Shown here: positions 60,722 to 64,000 of the stretch, one piece after another
Layout of the letters: every line of letters starts with the position of its first letter
Position numbering within the stretch: the first letter of the stretch is position 1
NCBI GenBank assembly: GCA_965235115.1
Contig: OZ249444.1
Location: 2,046,001-2,110,000 of the forward strand
Direction of reading: 5' to 3'
Length of the DNA stretch: 64,000 nt
Source: Laetmonice hystrix
Lineage: Eukaryota
Notes under the pieces: generated by a model
Told to the model about the DNA's origin: nothing
The model's database searches: none
What the model saw: only the letters and a program-made list of their open reading frames with translations
Position numbers and translations under genes: made by a program

Positions 60722-61968
60722 AGATCAGTTAGAGTTGCCTTGGAGATTGTTAATGAGTTTGGGAGGGCTTCTGGCGCTAAGCTTAAGAGACATAAGTCAA
60801 AAGGCATGTGGTTTGGCAAGTGGCGTCACCGAAAGGGTATTTTGCATGGCATTGATTTTAGCAGCGAAAGTTTAAAGTGTCTAGGAGTGGTTTTCGGTAG
60901 AAATCAAAGTGAGTGGCAAACATTAAATTGGGAACCTCTGGTCGAAAAATTGTCTTAGGTTTTGGATGCCTGGAAATGTCGTAAAATGACCCTAGCAGGT
61001 AGAGCTGTTATTTTGAACACGGTGGCATTATCCAAATTGTGGCATCGTGGACAAGTCATTCACATGAATGACAAGTACATTAAGAAGTTCGAACGTATTA
61101 TTTTCAAGTTTCTTTGGCCAGGCCAGGAGAGGGCCTGGCCCAGGCATGTTGAAAGAGTAAGAGGAGGTGTTGGTCTAGTAGACCTTGGCTCAAAGTTGGA
61201 AGCCTTTCGAATTAATCACATTGGCAAGTTATTGAGGAGCCAACTAATCCAGAAATGGTCCGAGTTTGCTGGGTTTTTTTGTGGCTTTCAGTTGAGAACA
61301 GAAAGGCCAGAGTTTGGGGTTAATTCTAGACCCCATGCTTGGAATATTTCCCCATTTTATGAAAGGTGTCTTCGGGAATGGAAGAATTTTAAAGGAAATC
61401 GGAATGTTTCTTTGGAGAGCCTTACAAGTGGTTACATTTACAAAGAATTGACCAAGAAATGGGTTATTGTGCCACTGGTTGCAACCAAGTCTGTTGACAT
61501 TTTTATTGATTTTAGTGTTTGTTGGAATAACTGTTGCCATTGGTTTCTGCCATCGGAAATCAAAGAATTTGCCTGGCGGATAGGGCAACATATACTCCCT
61601 GTTATCGACAAGCTTCACAGGCACAACAAACGTTTACCTGTAAAGTGTGAACTATGTGGGGCGGGCAGGGAAACTTTAGATCACATTTTATTGCTGTGTC
61701 CAGTTGTACGTCCGGTTTTAAGGGAAGTGGAAGTCTTGATCTCAGAGATCTTGGATGCTCCATTTTTCCTGGACAGAGAAGTAATTTTGTTTAACTTTTT
61801 ACCAAGAATGAGGGACCAGACACGAGGAATGGTGCTACTTCTCTTGAATTCTTTCAAGAGAGAAGTGTGGTTTCATCGAAACAAGGTTAGAATGGGCTTA
61901 GCCAGGCCTAACCCTGAGAGTGTGGTCGGCCCTGATGGCAGGGCTCAAGTGGAGGTTTTCCATTGATG
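60722..61968 (+). pseudogene. Tx1/L1-clade LINE ORF2 fragment (RT thumb plus zinc-binding domain)
   Basis: EFGRASGAKL..HKS; KCLGV; TLAGRAVILN...SKLWH; GGVGL; CELCG...ETLDHILLLCP. Confidence 0.88.
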
Positions 61969-62989
61969 TGTGTCGCCCTCAAAATACAAAATGGGGTACA
62001 AAATGTCGCCCTCAAAATGCACCCCCCCCCAGGCATGTTGAAAGGGTCATATCTTTAAAACTATTGGATTTTTGCCCTAAAATTTTGCAGGGCTTCATAA
62101 TATATGGTGTAGTACATGTATGCCAAAAATGGCTGAATTCTGAGGGGGTCACCCGGGGACGCCTTGTCGAATGGAATGACCCCTATTTCCTCCACAAAGA
62201 GCCTCGGACACTCCACCTGCTTGCATGTCCCGCAAGTTGAAACTGATCTCCAAATCCATGCGGACTGAGGTTCAAGCCCGGAAGCGTAAAGTAGGGCGGG
62301 TCAGGTCAAGGTCACATCCAAATATGGGAAGTGAAGTCAGGGTGGCGTCATAGCCAACCTGTGTGTCTGTGTCCAGTCCGTATATCCAGCTTGCGGATAG
62401 GACTGGTGGTCGAGTCTATGGCAGGGATCGCTAGTGTTCCAATATGGCGAAGCTCCCATAAGTCATTGCGAATAGGGGCAGTCAAGCAACCTCAATGGGC
62501 ACCGATGGATAGGAGCGCCAGCGGCCCTGTTCCGGCTAGATACGTCCGAACGGCTAGTTATGTCCGATAGGAGATATGTCCGCAAACATCAGCTAGATAT
62601 GTCCGAAGAAATGGATATGTCCGCAAATATCAGCTAGATGACTGTGTCCGGTACTGAGCATTCAGAGCGTCATTTCCAAAATGACGCTTGACGCTCGACG
62701 CTTGCCGCTCATGTGTGTCTAGGCCTTTAGACGTTGGCTGTTGCTCCCAGATGACAGGGAAACGCGTAATTGGAACTTTAATTTTATTTTTTTTTCTTTG
62801 GAAGGGCCCACAGACCCCGCTCAAGGATTCGTGCTTTTTGACGCTCTCATCGACGCATGGGAGGTGCGCCCTCCTTCCTAAATTCCTGATTCCGCCCAAC
62901 TGCCCCCACCCCCCACCCACTCAGAAATTTCTAGCTAGGGCCCTGACAGCCCTGTTCAAAAAGCTGAATGCAAGAAGCTAGGTCACTCA

Positions 62990-63980
62990 AGGTCATGCAA
63001 AATGGCGCCAAATGAAACTTCATAGATTACTTCATATATGTCTATAATAGTAACTATGGCGTTATCTTTGACTATTTTTTAGATGAGCCAAAACAGTGTT
63101 ATTTTGGGGTCAAAAAACAAATATGGCCGCCATTTCGCCATTTTCAAGTTGAATTGAAAATACATGTACATTGCAATGCATTTTGGCCATCATAATCTGA
63201 CTTCCCACTGATGCTTAATAGTAATCTAACGCCTAACATGCATGGTTTTCCACAGTATAGACCAGAATATAGCTTGGCTCAGGGGTCAACAGAACAAATA
63301 TGGCTACCATTAGGTCAACTTTGTTCAAACTGAAAGTAAACGCACCCATGCATTGCCCTGCATGCCCCCTTTCTTTGTGTCTAATTGCAAGAAAACTGTT
63401 GGAAAAGGACTGAGATATGGCCTGAAATGCGTGCATCATGCCACAAGGGTGCCTGATCTTGTGAAAAGGATTGGAGCACACATATTTGAGATATCGCTAT
63501 CCAAGGATAAAGACAATAAAAGACAGGCCATGACCTGATTTGACCTTTCAAGGTCACCTAAGGTCAAAATGTAAGATGCCAAATGATACGTCTACCTATC
63601 ATGCACGGTTTTTGAGATATACCCAAGAATAGTTTCGCTCATGGGTCAACGACACCTATATGGCCGCCATTAGTTCAAATAAACGCACCCATTCATTGCC
63701 CTCCATGACCCCATTCTTTGTGGCTAGTTTAAAGGAAAACGGTAAAATATATATTGAGATATGCGCTGAAATGTGATCCCCCCCAATTTGGCATATAAAC
63801 CCCCCCCCCCAACATATTGGAAAATATCGGAAAATCCTTCGACGTGCATCATTCCAAGAGGATACCTGATCTTGTGTTAAAACATGCAAAGGATTAGAGC
63901 ACGCGTTTTGGAGATATCCCTGTCCACGGACGGACGGACAGAGGGTAAATTAGAAGCTTCCAGTTGGGGGCTAAAATGAT
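62990..63980. mobile_element. Non-autonomous interspersed repeat related to the 900-2460 family (HINE-like end with ACGG microsatellite)
   Basis: Shares aaggtcaaa/aaatggcgccaaatgaaa motifs with the window start; ends acggacggacggacag...gggggctaaaa. Confidence 0.4.
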
Positions 63981-64000
63981 CGCAATAAAATTGTTGTTGG

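Noticed and set aside
61139-62044. 17-bp direct repeat CCCAGGCATGTTGAAAG (61139-61155 and 62028-62044) as a LINE TSD
   Set aside because: The Tx1 reading frame runs uninterrupted through the first copy and there is no tail before the second; probably coincidence.

Overview
This is eukaryotic (metazoan) repeat-saturated DNA, probably from a marine invertebrate. A deuterostome is suggested by the Gmr1-type elements but not proven. I found no intact host gene, rRNA, tRNA or CRISPR array. Two nested transposon stacks, defined by target-site duplications (TSDs) and by host frames that rejoin after removing each insert, cover about 45 of the 64 kb. Stack 1: foldback MITE (2887-14832) > Gypsy A (3000-14013, TSD CTCAT) > [458-bp MITE with 10-bp TSD; Gmr1-type Gypsy B (7105-12820, TSD GAAG)]. 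Stack 2: Gmr1-type Gypsy D (26859-59419, minus strand, TSD ATAT) > [TTAGGG-containing MITE; CR1/L2-group LINE (28151-52876) > [Ngaro-type tyrosine-recombinase retroelement (47383-52390); Gypsy E (30316-46689, TSD GTAC) > [TTAA-flanked DNA element; BEL/Pao F (38979-45426, TSD GTCAC)]]]. Between and around the stacks are a Sola2-like transposase remnant, a RecQ-helicase-like exon missed by the ORF track, a Tx1-type LINE fragment, two satellites, several MITEs, microsatellites and a 173-N gap. I did not find a clearly new multi-gene system. The best leads are (i) an in-frame TAG shared by both independent Gmr1 copies between integrase and RT, (ii) an uncharacterised third ORF plus non-canonical TA...CA termini in Gypsy E, (iii) paired CTCF-like motifs in the Gmr1 LTR, and (iv) a strong + strand bias of coding elements. 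LTR mismatch counts were made by eye and are approximate.
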